Made by a program: the position numbers and the translations under genes. Below are positions 46,993 through 57,583 of a DNA stretch of 64,000 bases, one piece after another. The stretch is from an uncultured Planctomycetia bacterium. Its GTDB lineage: Bacteria; Planctomycetota; MHYJ01; WSZJ01; CAZYRM01. Position 1 is the first letter of the stretch; the number at the start of each line of letters is the position of its first letter. Under the pieces are notes generated by a model that made no database searches, was not told the origin of the DNA, and worked only from the letters and a program-made list of their open reading frames with translations. The DNA lies in the NCBI GenBank assembly GCA_964649705.1, contig CAZYRM010000005.1, positions 1,480 through 65,479 of the forward strand, given 5' to 3'.

Positions 46993-49668
46993 ATGCCGGC
47001 GCCGCACAACTTCGAGCATCTTCCCTTGCTGCTGCGATTTCGGGGCCCAGCGCGGCTCCCTCGCGGCGGCAAGTCCTCCCCGCAGACCCTGGCAAACAAG
47101 AAGGCGCGCCAAGCGCACAGCACGTGCCTTCACCAGGCCGCACAGTCACTCACATCGACCTGGCAGGAGAGGCAACTGCAACGGGGCACCCAGGGCCTCC
47201 CCGTCATTCCTCACGGGGTCTCGATCCTGCTCCAGGTCGATCCCCACCTTGAACTCGACGCGCTCCGCGAGAAGTTCGATTTTGAGATCGTGGCTGAGCA
47301 GGAAGATGGCTACGTGATCGTAGCGGCCGAGGATATCGAACTCGGGCCGTTCGTCAAGATGGTGGGAGAATTCGCCGTCGAGATTCATGGCTCCGCGACG
47401 ATTGCCCAGGTTCACAAGCTCTTCGAGGACCCCAACCAGATCGACCGCTTGCGGCGGATCCTCTCCGAGCGACTCTTCGATCAGTGGCCCTCGATCGACG
47501 ACGCAACAATCCACGTGGTCGATATCGGGATCGCATGCACCGGGACCCAGGAGATTCCAGCACGCCCCAAGCGGGGAAAGCGCGACACTGACGCCGATTG
47601 GGCAATCAAGGAGAGTGCCTGGTCCCAGGAGCGGGTCGCCGCCTACACGGCTTGGGACAAGGTCAAGGCTGACCGCGAGGAGGAGATGACTCGTCTCGCC
47701 GAAGCCTACCGTGCCGAGATGCTCAGCGTGATCGACGGGGGGCCATATAACGCCGCCGTTCTCCCCGACAGCTTTACGGTCAGGTTGAGAATCGTCGGCA
47801 AGGGGCTTAAGGATCTCGTCCTCAACTACCCCTACATCTTCGAGGTAGTCGAGCCGGAGGACTTCGCCGCCCCGCATGACGAAGCACGAGCCGTGGGCAA
47901 GCCCGTCCCGGCGGCAAGGCCGACGCCGCCCGCAGCCGATGCGCCCGCCGTATGCGTGATCGACAGCGGCATTCAAGAGGGCCATACCCTCCTCCAGCCC
48001 GCGGTGGATCAGGCAACGTCGCATTGCTTCCTTCCCGGAAGGAACTCCGACGAGGTGGGCGACTTTTTCCGGCCCGCGGGACACGGAACCCGCGTCGCGG
48101 GCGCGGTTCTGTACGGCGAGAACGTGCCACGGGGCGGGGCGCCGCAACTCCCGTTCTGGATCCAGAACGCTCGTGTCCTCGACGAGGGAAACCGAATGCC
48201 GGAGGAGCTGTTTCCTCCCGCGGCCGTGCGCGCAGCCGTGGAACGATTCCATCGCGGTCCCCGACAGACTCGCATCTTCAACCATTCTATCAACGCCGAG
48301 GGCTACTGCCGCACACGCCACATGTCGTCCTGGGCGGCGGAGATCGACGCACTATGCGCCGCCTATGACGTCCTAATCGTGCAAAGTGCCGGAAACCTCG
48401 GCGCCTCGGGAACAAACCCGTTTATCGGATTGCGGGAGCACCTTGCTGCGGGTCGCGAGTACCCGGGGTACCTTTACGAGAACTCCTGCCGGATCGCCAA
48501 CCCGGCCCAGAGTCTACAAGCATTGACAGTCGGTTCCGTTGCCTACGGAGCACTTGAGACAGGGGGGTGGCGCACGTTTGCGTCCGAACCCGGCCACCCG
48601 TCCGCGTTTTCTCGCTCGGGTTTCGGCATCTGGGACGTGATCAAGCCTGAAGTGGTCGAGTACGGCGGCGACGCCACGCGCGATGGCAACGCCCCGCCCG
48701 GGATTCAGGTCGGAGGAGCAATCCGAGACGCGTGCCCCGAACTGGTCCGGTCGACCATGTTCGCGCCAGGGCCTGCCTTCGATCGCGATCAGTGCGGCAC
48801 ATCGTTTGCTACCCCGAAGGTCAGCCGCATAGCGGCCCAGTTGCAGTCGATTCTCCCGAATGAACCAGCGCTCCTTTACCGCGCGCTGATCGTGCAGTCT
48901 GCCCGCTGGCCCATCTGGGCCGACGCGCTGCTCGTCGAGCTTCGCAGTCTTGACCCTCGGCGTGACGAGGTGAGGCGTCAAGCGTTGTTGGAGCAGGTCT
49001 CGCAGGTTGTTCGATGTCTCGGGTACGGAGTTCCGGATCCTCTTCGCGCCAGTACGAACGGCGAGCACCGCACCACGCTGATCACAAGTGGAGACAGCTC
49101 GATACGGGCCCTCGGGTGTCACATCTATCAGGTCCCCGTGCCGGCCGCACTGCGCCAGCAGGCCGATGAGTTCGACATCAGGATTGAGGTGACCCTATCC
49201 TATGTCGCGCAGCCCCGTCGGACCCGCCGAAAACTGCGGCGATATCTGTCCACTTGGCTGGACTGGACTACCAGCAAGCTCGACGAGCCCTTGGACGTTT
49301 TCCGTAGGCGCGCCCTGAAGGGGGACGACAACGACGCCGACAACTCGCCTGGATCACCCATTCCTTGGGCGCTTCACGCGAAGGCCTCTGACGGCTTGAT
49401 TCGCGGAACCAAGCGCAGTTCCGGCACGGTGCAAAAGGACTGGGCTGTCGTGAAGTCCAACACACTCCCCGAGAATTTCTGCATCGCCGTAATGGGCCAC
49501 AAGGGATGGAGCCACGACCCCGATTCAACCGCCCGCTACACTCTGGCCGTGACCTTTGAAATCGAGGGAAAGGAGATCGCCATCTACGAGCCGTTGCGGG
49601 CGGCGGTGCAGGAACTACAGGCGACACTCGAAGTCGAGCAGGAGACGGAAGTCGACATCAGCGAGTGA
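46993..49668 (+). CDS. Subtilisin-like serine peptidase (S8) with a long N-terminal extension
   Basis: Catalytic triad contexts VCVIDSGI (Asp), GHGTRVAG (His) and GTSFATPKVS (Ser). 3-bp gap after the AAA ATPase gene. Confidence 0.8.
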   Translation: MPAPHNFEHLPLLLRFRGPARLPRGGKSSPQTLANKKARQAHSTCLHQAAQSLTSTWQERQLQRGTQGLPVIPHGVSILLQVDPHLELDALREKFDFEIVAEQEDGYVIVAAEDIELGPFVKMVGEFAVEIHGSATIAQVHKLFEDPNQIDRLRRILSERLFDQWPSIDDATIHVVDIGIACTGTQEIPARPKRGKRDTDADWAIKESAWSQERVAAYTAWDKVKADREEEMTRLAEAYRAEMLSVIDGGPYNAAVLPDSFTVRLRIVGKGLKDLVLNYPYIFEVVEPEDFAAPHDEARAVGKPVPAARPTPPAADAPAVCVIDSGIQEGHTLLQPAVDQATSHCFLPGRNSDEVGDFFRPAGHGTRVAGAVLYGENVPRGGAPQLPFWIQNARVLDEGNRMPEELFPPAAVRAAVERFHRGPRQTRIFNHSINAEGYCRTRHMSSWAAEIDALCAAYDVLIVQSAGNLGASGTNPFIGLREHLAAGREYPGYLYENSCRIANPAQSLQALTVGSVAYGALETGGWRTFASEPGHPSAFSRSGFGIWDVIKPEVVEYGGDATRDGNAPPGIQVGGAIRDACPELVRSTMFAPGPAFDRDQCGTSFATPKVSRIAAQLQSILPNEPALLYRALIVQSARWPIWADALLVELRSLDPRRDEVRRQALLEQVSQVVRCLGYGVPDPLRASTNGEHRTTLITSGDSSIRALGCHIYQVPVPAALRQQADEFDIRIEVTLSYVAQPRRTRRKLRRYLSTWLDWTTSKLDEPLDVFRRRALKGDDNDADNSPGSPIPWALHAKASDGLIRGTKRSSGTVQKDWAVVKSNTLPENFCIAVMGHKGWSHDPDSTARYTLAVTFEIEGKEIAIYEPLRAAVQELQATLEVEQETEVDISE

Positions 49669-49696
49669 ACACGGCACGTCCAGAGGGCAGAGATCA

Positions 49697-51205
49697 ATGA
49701 CCGACCAGGGCCCGTCGCAGCCCCCCATCACGCTCTCGGAGCTCGAGTCGCACCTCGGGGAGGCCGCCAATATTCTCCGCGGCAGTCCCGTCGATCGAAC
49801 CGACTGGAAGAGCTACATCCTCCCGCTCCTCTTCTTCAAGCGCATCTGCGACGTGTGGGACGAGGAGCACCAGGCGATGATCGTCGAGTACGGCGAGGAC
49901 TTCGCCGACGAGCACCGATTCCAGGTAGGCGAGCGCTGCCACTGGAACGTCGTCCGCGAGGCCGCGGCGAACGTCGGGACCGCGCTCCAAAGGGCGATGC
50001 GCGGCATCGAGGCGGCCAACCAGAAGCACCTCTACGGCGTGTTCGGCGACGCGCAGTGGACCAACAAGGAGCGGCTGCCCGACGAGCTGCTCAAGGACCT
50101 CGTCGAGCACTTCTCCGCCCTGAGTCTGGGGAATCGGCGCGTCGCCAGCGACCTGATGGGCGACGCGTACGAGTTCCTCATCAAGAAGTTCGCCGACGCG
50201 ACCAACAAGAAGGCGGGCGAGTTCTATACCCCGCGCAGCGTCGTCCGCCTGATGATCGACATCCTGGATCCGAAGGCGGGAGAGACCGTCTACGACCCCG
50301 CCTGCGGCACCGGCGGAATGCTCCTCGCAGCCGTGGCGCACGTCCGTGATCGCGGCGGCGACCCGCGCACCTTCTTCGGGCATCTGTACGGCCAGGAGAA
50401 GAACCTCACTACTGCCGCCGTTGCGCGGATGAACCTCTTCCTTCACGGGATCGAGGACTTCGTCATCGAGCGCGGCGACACCCTCCGCAACCCGGTGTTC
50501 ACCGCCCCGGCAACTGGCGGACTCGCGACTTTCGACGTAGTCGTGGCCAACCCGCCGTTCTCGCTCGAGCAGTGGGGCCGCGAGGTCTGGGAGAACGACC
50601 CGTGGGGCCGCGCCTTTGCGGGTCTGCCGACAGACTCGAGCGGCGACTTCGCGTGGGTGCAGCACATGGTGCAGTCGATGGCCGATGGGAGCGGTCGGAT
50701 GGCCGTCGTCCTTCCCCAGGGCGCCCTCTTCCGAGGCGGCGTCGAGGGGGACATCCGTCGACACCTCCTCGAGAAAGACCTGGTGGAGGCCGTCATCGGC
50801 CTCGCGCCCAACCTGTTTTATGGCACTGGGCTCGCGGCGTGCATCCTGGTTCTCCGTCGCAGGAAGGCGGACAAGCGGGCGAAGAAGTTACTCATCGTGG
50901 ATGCCTCGTCCCTCTGCCGCAAGGGACGAGCGCAGACCTTCCTGGAGGCGGAGCACGTCGCGCAGATTGTGAAGTGGACCGAGGCGTTCAAGGACGTGCC
51001 TCACCGCGCGCGGCTCATGACCTTGAAGGAGATCGAGAAGGAGGGGTGGACCCTCAATATCGCCCGCTACGTGTCCTCCCCCGTCGGAGAGGACATCCCA
51101 CCCCTTCGAGAGGCCGTTGCAGCGTTCAAGCAGGCGCTCGGCCGGTGCCGCGAGGCGGAGGATCGCCTTCGCCGCGTCATGAAGGAGGGAGGCTGGCTGT
51201 CGTGA
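49697..51205 (+). CDS. hsdM: Type I restriction-modification methyltransferase subunit (HsdM), copy 1
   Basis: N6-adenine MTase motifs DPACGTGGML and NPPF. 502 aa. Confidence 0.85.
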   Translation: MTDQGPSQPPITLSELESHLGEAANILRGSPVDRTDWKSYILPLLFFKRICDVWDEEHQAMIVEYGEDFADEHRFQVGERCHWNVVREAAANVGTALQRAMRGIEAANQKHLYGVFGDAQWTNKERLPDELLKDLVEHFSALSLGNRRVASDLMGDAYEFLIKKFADATNKKAGEFYTPRSVVRLMIDILDPKAGETVYDPACGTGGMLLAAVAHVRDRGGDPRTFFGHLYGQEKNLTTAAVARMNLFLHGIEDFVIERGDTLRNPVFTAPATGGLATFDVVVANPPFSLEQWGREVWENDPWGRAFAGLPTDSSGDFAWVQHMVQSMADGSGRMAVVLPQGALFRGGVEGDIRRHLLEKDLVEAVIGLAPNLFYGTGLAACILVLRRRKADKRAKKLLIVDASSLCRKGRAQTFLEAEHVAQIVKWTEAFKDVPHRARLMTLKEIEKEGWTLNIARYVSSPVGEDIPPLREAVAAFKQALGRCREAEDRLRRVMKEGGWLS

Positions 51206-52710
51206 GCGGCCGCATCACCCAACAGGAGCTGGAGGGGTACCTCTGGGGCGCCGCCACGCTCCTTCGCGGGCTCGTCGATGCGGGCGACTACAAGCAGTTC
51301 ATCTTCCCGCTCCTCTTCTACAAGCGGCTCTCGGACGTCTGGGACGCGGACTACACGGAGGCGATGGAGGAGGCGGGCGACAGGAAGTACGCGCGGGCCA
51401 CGGCAAACGACCGCTTCGTGATCCCGAACGGCGCGCACTGGAACGAGGTCCGGGGCGTTGCGAAGGACGTAGGGCGCACCCTCCAGGGAGCGATGCGCGC
51501 CGTGGAGGCGGCCAATCCCGATCGCCTGGACGGGATTTTCGGCGACGCGCCCTGGACCCACAAGGAGCGAGTTCCCGATGCGACGCTCAAGAACCTCATC
51601 GAGCACTTCTCGTCGAGGACGTTGTCGCTCGCCGAGGTGCCCGAGGACGAGCTGGGGAACGCCTACGAATTCCTCGTCAAGAAGTTCGCCGACGACAGCG
51701 GCCACACGGCGCAGGAGTTCTACACGAACCGCACCCTCGTTCACCTGATGGTCCGAATGCTGGAGCCGAAGCCGGGCGAGGAGATCTACGACCCCACGTG
51801 TGGCACCGGGGGGATGCTGATCTCGTCGCTCGCCGAGGTGAAGAGGAAGGGGGGCGAGCACCGAACGCTCGGCCTGTTCGGCCAGGAACTGAACCACATG
51901 ACCGCCTCAATCGCGAGGATGAACCTCGTGCTCCACGGGGTCGAGGACTTCCAGATCGAGAGGGGGGACACGCTCGCCGAGCCGCGTTTCGTGGCGAAGG
52001 ACCGCCTGCGTACGTTTGACGTCGTGCTCGCGAATCCCCCGTACTCGATCAAGCAGTGGAACCGTGAGGCGTGGACGAGCGATCCCTGGGGGAGGAACTT
52101 CCTCGGGACGCCGCCGCAGGGGCGGGCCGACTACGCGTTCTTCCAGCACATCCTGAAGAGCCTCGACCCGAAGTCGGGCCGTTGCGCGATCCTGTTCCCC
52201 CACGGCGTCCTCTTCCGTCAGGAGGAGGCCGAGATGCGCAAGAAGCTCGTCGAGGCCGACCTCGTTGAGTGCGTGCTCGGGCTGGGGCCGAACCTCTTCT
52301 ACAACTCGCCGATGGAGGCGTGCGTCGTGGTGTGCCGCGCCGCGAAGCCGAAGGGACGACGCGGCAAGATCCTCTTCATCGACGCGATCAACGAGGTCAG
52401 CCGTGAGCGCGCGCAGAGCTTCCTGCGGGAGGAGCACCAGGAGCGCATCGTCGCTGCGTACCGTGCGTTCAAGGACGAGCCGGGCTTCGCCAGGGTCGCG
52501 ACCCTCGACGATGTCGCAGCCCAGCAGCACAACCTCTCCATCGCGCTGATAGTCAAGCGGCTGGGGACGGATGGAACCACCGAAGGAGCCAGCTCCCTGC
52601 GGCAGGCATGGAACGACTGGGAGAAGTCGGGGAAGGGGTTCTGGCGCGAGATGGATGCACTGGTCGCGACCTTGGACAGCCTAGTCGACCAGGAGGTGGC
52701 CGATGCGTAA
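51202..52710 (+). CDS. hsdM: Type I restriction-modification methyltransferase subunit (HsdM), copy 2 (paralog)
   Basis: DPTCGTGGML and NPPY. GTG start overlapping the upstream stop (GTGA). 502 aa, collinear with copy 1. Confidence 0.8.
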   Translation: MSGRITQQELEGYLWGAATLLRGLVDAGDYKQFIFPLLFYKRLSDVWDADYTEAMEEAGDRKYARATANDRFVIPNGAHWNEVRGVAKDVGRTLQGAMRAVEAANPDRLDGIFGDAPWTHKERVPDATLKNLIEHFSSRTLSLAEVPEDELGNAYEFLVKKFADDSGHTAQEFYTNRTLVHLMVRMLEPKPGEEIYDPTCGTGGMLISSLAEVKRKGGEHRTLGLFGQELNHMTASIARMNLVLHGVEDFQIERGDTLAEPRFVAKDRLRTFDVVLANPPYSIKQWNREAWTSDPWGRNFLGTPPQGRADYAFFQHILKSLDPKSGRCAILFPHGVLFRQEEAEMRKKLVEADLVECVLGLGPNLFYNSPMEACVVVCRAAKPKGRRGKILFIDAINEVSRERAQSFLREEHQERIVAAYRAFKDEPGFARVATLDDVAAQQHNLSIALIVKRLGTDGTTEGASSLRQAWNDWEKSGKGFWREMDALVATLDSLVDQEVADA

Positions 52711-53896
52711 CGCCGCAGTCGCGACGTCCTGGAAGGCCTGGCGCTTCAGCGATATCGCCACACATGTGAACGAGCGGGTCGACAACCCAAGCGAAGCGGG
52801 CGTCGAACGCTACGTCGGGCTCGAGCACCTCGATTCTGACAGCCTACGCATTCGGCGATGGGGAAGTCCCTCGGACGTGGAGGCGACCAAGCTCCTGTTC
52901 AGGAGGGGGGACATCATCTTCGGCCGTCGCCGGGCCTATCAGCGAAAGCTCGCGGTTGCGGACTTCGACGGCATCTGCTCGGCGCACGCGATGGTGCTGC
53001 GCGCCCGGTCAGAGGTGGTGCTGCAGGAGTTCTTGCCCTTCTTCTTGCAGACCGATCTCTTCATGGAACGCGCGCAGGCGATTTCCGTTGGGTCGCTCTC
53101 GCCGACGATCAATTGGAAGACGCTCGCGCGGGAGGAATTCGCGCTGCCGCCGCTGGACGAGCAGCGGCGCTTGGCCGCTGCACTTTTCGCGACCGAGAAC
53201 GCGCTGGAGGCGTTGACGGCCACGGAAGCCTCTGCGGAACGCGCCAGACGGTCGCTGCTCGTGCAGACATTTCGGCCGAGTCGCGGACCCCGCGGTGTCT
53301 TTCCTCCTCACTGGTCAGTGCTCCCCGCCAAGGTGGCGGGCAACGTGCAGCTCGGCCAGCAGCGTCATCCAAAGTACGATAACGGCACGAATGTGCGCCC
53401 ATACCTACGAGTCGCCAACGTCATGGATGGCACCCTGGAGCTCAGGGACGTCTCCCGCATGCACTTTCCACCTAGGGATCTGCACAAGTTCGAGCTTCTG
53501 CCTGGTGACATCCTCCTGAATGAAGGTCAGAGTACGGAACTTGTCGGGCGGAGCGCCATCTACCGGGGGGAGGTGGAAGGGATGTGCTTCCAGAAAACGC
53601 TCTTGCGCTTTCGTTGCGGACAAGACCTAATCCCCGACTTCGCTCATGCCTACTTCCAACACTGCCTCTATGTGGGAGAATTCGCCCGCATCTCCGTGCA
53701 GACGACGTCGATGGCGCATCTGACGGCGGTGAGATTCGAGCAGATGCCCATACCCGTTCCGCCGAAGGAGGATCAGAGGCAAGTCGTGGACCGAATCCAC
53801 TCCCTGAATGATGCCGTTTGCTCCTCTCGGCGGCGAAGGGACTCCGTCCGCGTGCTCAAGGCGAAGCTCATGACAGCCGCGCTGGGGTGGGAATGA
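52703..53896 (+). CDS. hsdS: Type I restriction-modification specificity subunit (HsdS), two TRDs
   Basis: Two target-recognition domains separated by conserved helical spacers. 8-bp overlap with hsdM2. Confidence 0.85.
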   Translation: MRNAAVATSWKAWRFSDIATHVNERVDNPSEAGVERYVGLEHLDSDSLRIRRWGSPSDVEATKLLFRRGDIIFGRRRAYQRKLAVADFDGICSAHAMVLRARSEVVLQEFLPFFLQTDLFMERAQAISVGSLSPTINWKTLAREEFALPPLDEQRRLAAALFATENALEALTATEASAERARRSLLVQTFRPSRGPRGVFPPHWSVLPAKVAGNVQLGQQRHPKYDNGTNVRPYLRVANVMDGTLELRDVSRMHFPPRDLHKFELLPGDILLNEGQSTELVGRSAIYRGEVEGMCFQKTLLRFRCGQDLIPDFAHAYFQHCLYVGEFARISVQTTSMAHLTAVRFEQMPIPVPPKEDQRQVVDRIHSLNDAVCSSRRRRDSVRVLKAKLMTAALGWE

Positions 53897-56859
53897 CATT
53901 CAACGAAGCCAACACCGTCGAGGCCCTCGTCCGCGACTTGCTGTGCGGCGGGATCACACACCACACTGCCGTGGGACCGGGCCTCGCGCGCAAGGGGGGC
54001 AAGATTTCGGGGACCGGGTGGCACTACCTCGCGCCCGAGAATCTCCCGCGCCAGGCGCACGAGGTCTTCGTCGAGCCATTCGTTCGGGAGACGCTCCTCC
54101 GCCTGAACCCCGAGATCGCCGCCAACCCAGATCGCGCCGACGAGGTGCTCTACAAGCTGCGGGCGATCGTCCTCTCGGTGCGAAGCGACGGGCTGATCAA
54201 GGCGAACGAGGAGTTCAGTGCCTGGCTGCGTGGCGATCGATCGATGCCATTCGGTCCGAACCACGAGCACACGACCGTTCGTCTCGTCGACTTCGAAAAC
54301 CTCGAAAACAACCAGTACGTCGTCACCACACAGTACAGCTTCCGCGCGGGGCCGGCCGAACGACGCGCCGACCTCGTGCTCCTCGTCAACGGCTTCCCGC
54401 TGGTCGTCATTGAGGCGAAGACTCCCGTCCGCAAGGCCGTGAGCTGGGTCGACGGCGCGCTCCAGATCCACAATGACTACGAGAAGGACGTCCCCGAGCT
54501 ATTCGTCTGCAACGTCCTCTCGGCCGCCACCGAGGGCAAGGAACTCCGCTACGGCTCGATACGCATGCCGATCGAAATGTGGGGCCCGTGGCGATTGGAG
54601 GAGGTTGCCCCCGCGGGAGGTCTCGGATCCGTGGAACACGCGGTTCGTTCCATGTTCCGACCCGCGGTGCTTCTCGACATCCTCGCGAACTTCAGCCTCT
54701 TCGCCACGGACCCGAAGGGGCGCCGTCTCAAGATCGTCTGCCGCTACCAGCAGTACGAGGGAGCCAACCTCATCGTGCAGCGCGTCCTCGCGGGCCGTCC
54801 ACGTAAGGGGCTCCTCTGGCACTTCCAGGGATCGGGGAAGTCGCTTCTCATGGTCTTCGCCGCCCAGAAGCTCCGCATGCATCCGTCCCTGAAGAACCCC
54901 GCGGTCCTGATCGTCGTGGACCGCATCGACCTCGATACGCAGATCAGCGGGACCTTCCACGCCTCAGATATCCCAAACCTCGTCAAGGCCGAGGCGCGCG
55001 CAGACCTCGAACGGCTCTTGCGGCAAGACATCCGCAAGATCATCATCACGACCATCTTCAAGTTCGGAGAGGCCGAGGGAGTCCTGAATGATCGAACCAA
55101 CATCGTCGCCCTCGTTGACGAGGCCCACCGCACTCAGGAGGGTGACCTGGGCATCAAGATGCGCGCGGCGTTGCCCAACGCCTTCCTCTTCGGCCTGACC
55201 GGGACGCCGATCAACCGGATCGACCGGAACACCTTCTACGCCTTCGGTGCGGAGGAAGACGAGCGCGGCTACATGAGCCGTTACGGCTTCGAGGAGTCGA
55301 TTCGCGATGGCGCCACGCTGCCGCTCCACTTCGAGCCGAGGCTCGTCGAGATCCACATCGACAAGGAGGCCATCGACCAGGCCTACGCCGACCTCACCGG
55401 CGGGCTGTCGGACCTCGACCGGGACAACCTCGCCCGCGCGGCCTCGAAGATGGCCGTGCTGGTCAAGGTACCCGAGCGGATCTCGAATATCTGCGCCGAC
55501 ATCGCACGACATTACCAGGAGGCGGTCGAGCCGAACGGCTTCAAGGCGATGGTCGTCACCTTCGACCGGGAGTGCTGCCTTCTCTACAAGACGGAGCTCG
55601 ACAAGCATCTGCCGCCGGAGGCGAGCGAAATCGTCCTGTCCGCGACCGGGAACGAAGAGCAGTACAAGCCCTACGATCGTGGGCGGGACGAGGAGGGGAG
55701 ACTCCTCGATCGGTTCCGAGATCACCAGGACCCCCTGAAGATCCTGGTCGTGACCGCCAAGCTGCTGACTGGGTTCGACGCGCCGATCCTCCAGGCCATG
55801 TACCTCGACAAGCCGCTCCGCGACCACACACTGTTGCAGGCCATCTGCCGGACCAACCGGGCCTGCAGCGACAAGAAGACCCACGGCCTCATCGTCGACT
55901 ACCTGGGCGTGTTCGACGACGTGGCGAAGGCCCTCGAGTTCGACGAGAAGGGCTTCCGGCAGGTGGTCTCGAACATCACGGCCCTCAAGGACAAGCTCGC
56001 TCCGGCCGTGCAGAAGTGCCTCGCCTACTTCCCCGGTGTCGACCGCGCGCTCGGCGGATACGAGGGGTTGATCGCCGCGCAGCAGTGCCTCCCGAACAAC
56101 GATGTGCGTGACTCGTTCGCGGCCGACTACAGCTACCTCAGCGAACTGTGGGAGGCCCTGTCGCCCGATCCGATCCTCCAGGGCCACAAGACGGACTACC
56201 GCTGGCTGTCGCAGGTGTATGTCTCGGTCCAACCGACGACGGGGACGGGGAGGCTGATCTGGCACACGCTGGGAGCGAAGACCATCGAGCTCATCCACGA
56301 AAACGTGCATGTCGATGCCGTCCGAGACGACCTCGACAGGATTGTGCTCGACGCGAAGATGCTAGAGGCCGTGCTTGGCGCGCCGGACCCGACGCGGAAG
56401 GCGAAGGAGATCGAGATCAAGCTCGGGCGACGGTTGCGGCAGCGCATGGGCGACCCCCGCTACAAGAAGCTCTCGGAGCGGCTGGAGGCGCTCAAGGAGC
56501 GGCATGAGCAGGGCCAGCTCCATAGCGTGCAGTTTCTGAAGGAGCTGCTCGACCTCGCCAGAGAGCTCCTGCAGACGGAGAACGAGACGCCCGCCGAGCA
56601 GGGCGAGGATCGGGGGAAGGCGGCTCTGACGGAGCTGTTCGAGGAGGTACGGACGAAGGACACCCCAGTGATCGTAGAGCGGGTCGTGGCGGACATCGAC
56701 GAGATCGTGCGCCTGGTGCGATTCCCCGGCTGGCAGGACACCAGCGCCGGCGAGCGCGAGGTCAGGAGAGCACTTCGCAGGACGCTCTTGAAGTACAAGC
56801 TGCACCAGGAGGAGGAGCTGTTCGAGAAGGCGTACGGCTACATCCGTCAGTACTACTAG
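53893..56859 (+). CDS. hsdR: Type I restriction enzyme R subunit (HsdR), SF2 helicase/nuclease
   Basis: ATGA overlap with hsdS. N-terminal nuclease region. Helicase motifs: GSGKS (motif I) and DEAH (motif II). Confidence 0.85.
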   Translation: MTFNEANTVEALVRDLLCGGITHHTAVGPGLARKGGKISGTGWHYLAPENLPRQAHEVFVEPFVRETLLRLNPEIAANPDRADEVLYKLRAIVLSVRSDGLIKANEEFSAWLRGDRSMPFGPNHEHTTVRLVDFENLENNQYVVTTQYSFRAGPAERRADLVLLVNGFPLVVIEAKTPVRKAVSWVDGALQIHNDYEKDVPELFVCNVLSAATEGKELRYGSIRMPIEMWGPWRLEEVAPAGGLGSVEHAVRSMFRPAVLLDILANFSLFATDPKGRRLKIVCRYQQYEGANLIVQRVLAGRPRKGLLWHFQGSGKSLLMVFAAQKLRMHPSLKNPAVLIVVDRIDLDTQISGTFHASDIPNLVKAEARADLERLLRQDIRKIIITTIFKFGEAEGVLNDRTNIVALVDEAHRTQEGDLGIKMRAALPNAFLFGLTGTPINRIDRNTFYAFGAEEDERGYMSRYGFEESIRDGATLPLHFEPRLVEIHIDKEAIDQAYADLTGGLSDLDRDNLARAASKMAVLVKVPERISNICADIARHYQEAVEPNGFKAMVVTFDRECCLLYKTELDKHLPPEASEIVLSATGNEEQYKPYDRGRDEEGRLLDRFRDHQDPLKILVVTAKLLTGFDAPILQAMYLDKPLRDHTLLQAICRTNRACSDKKTHGLIVDYLGVFDDVAKALEFDEKGFRQVVSNITALKDKLAPAVQKCLAYFPGVDRALGGYEGLIAAQQCLPNNDVRDSFAADYSYLSELWEALSPDPILQGHKTDYRWLSQVYVSVQPTTGTGRLIWHTLGAKTIELIHENVHVDAVRDDLDRIVLDAKMLEAVLGAPDPTRKAKEIEIKLGRRLRQRMGDPRYKKLSERLEALKERHEQGQLHSVQFLKELLDLARELLQTENETPAEQGEDRGKAALTELFEEVRTKDTPVIVERVVADIDEIVRLVRFPGWQDTSAGEREVRRALRRTLLKYKLHQEEELFEKAYGYIRQYY

Positions 56860-57433
56860 CTCCTTCGCAGTTGCAGGGAAGTGTGGGGAAGTAGAGGTCC
56901 CGGTTCTTGGGGTCTTCTTGGGAGGAGACCGTGATGTAGTGGGGATCGCCGCGCAAGTGGCGCTCGAGGAACTCGTCGGCATCGTGCGAGGTACCCGTGC
57001 GGAGGTCGTCAGGCCATCGCCAGGGGTTCGCATGGTCCTCGCGAGGCGATCACCGTGAGCCTGTCCGGCGATCGAGAGGGCCATCTCACGTTCTCGCGAT
57101 GCAGCCGCGTGTACGTCACGACCCGCACACCAGGCGGTGGCGAGGAACTCGATCGGCGATCTTCAGACGCTTGCGCGATCCCCGCGACGAAGTCGCCACC
57201 ACCTCGTGATGGCCACCTCATGCATTCGTCAGGAAGACGAACGGCCATCGTGGATCTCCATCGAGCCCCTCGCGAGGCACCCGTCGATTCCCCGTGACCT
57301 ATACCCGATCCGCTCGCACGGACCTCGGACTGTATCCGTCAGGACATGGAGAGACCCTCGTCAGGAAGTCGACGCCGACTCGCCAGGCGTCTGCGAGGCG
57401 ATCGCGAGCAAGCCGTAGAGGTCTCGCCACAGT

Positions 57434-57583
57434 CCCGCGAGCAACTCGACGGCGATTCGCCGCATGCCCGCGATGAGCACGTCGGCGACTCGCTGCAAGC
57501 CCGCGAGCAGCTCGTAGGCGACTCGCGACAGACCCGCGAGCAGCTCGTCGGCGATTCGTCAGGAGACCGCGAGGATGGCGGAG
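57434..57583. repeat. Tandem repeat: 33-bp unit x ~4.5 (CCCGCGAGCAGCTCGTCGGCGACTCG-n7)
   Basis: Units at 57434, 57467, 57500 and 57533, then a partial one. Contiguous with no spacers, so not CRISPR-like. It sits inside a ~1.1-kb stretch without credible ORFs. Confidence 0.7.

Noticed and set aside
57434-57583. 33-bp tandem repeats considered as a possible CRISPR array
   Set aside because: Units are directly adjacent with no unique spacers and no cas context nearby; it is a simple tandem repeat.
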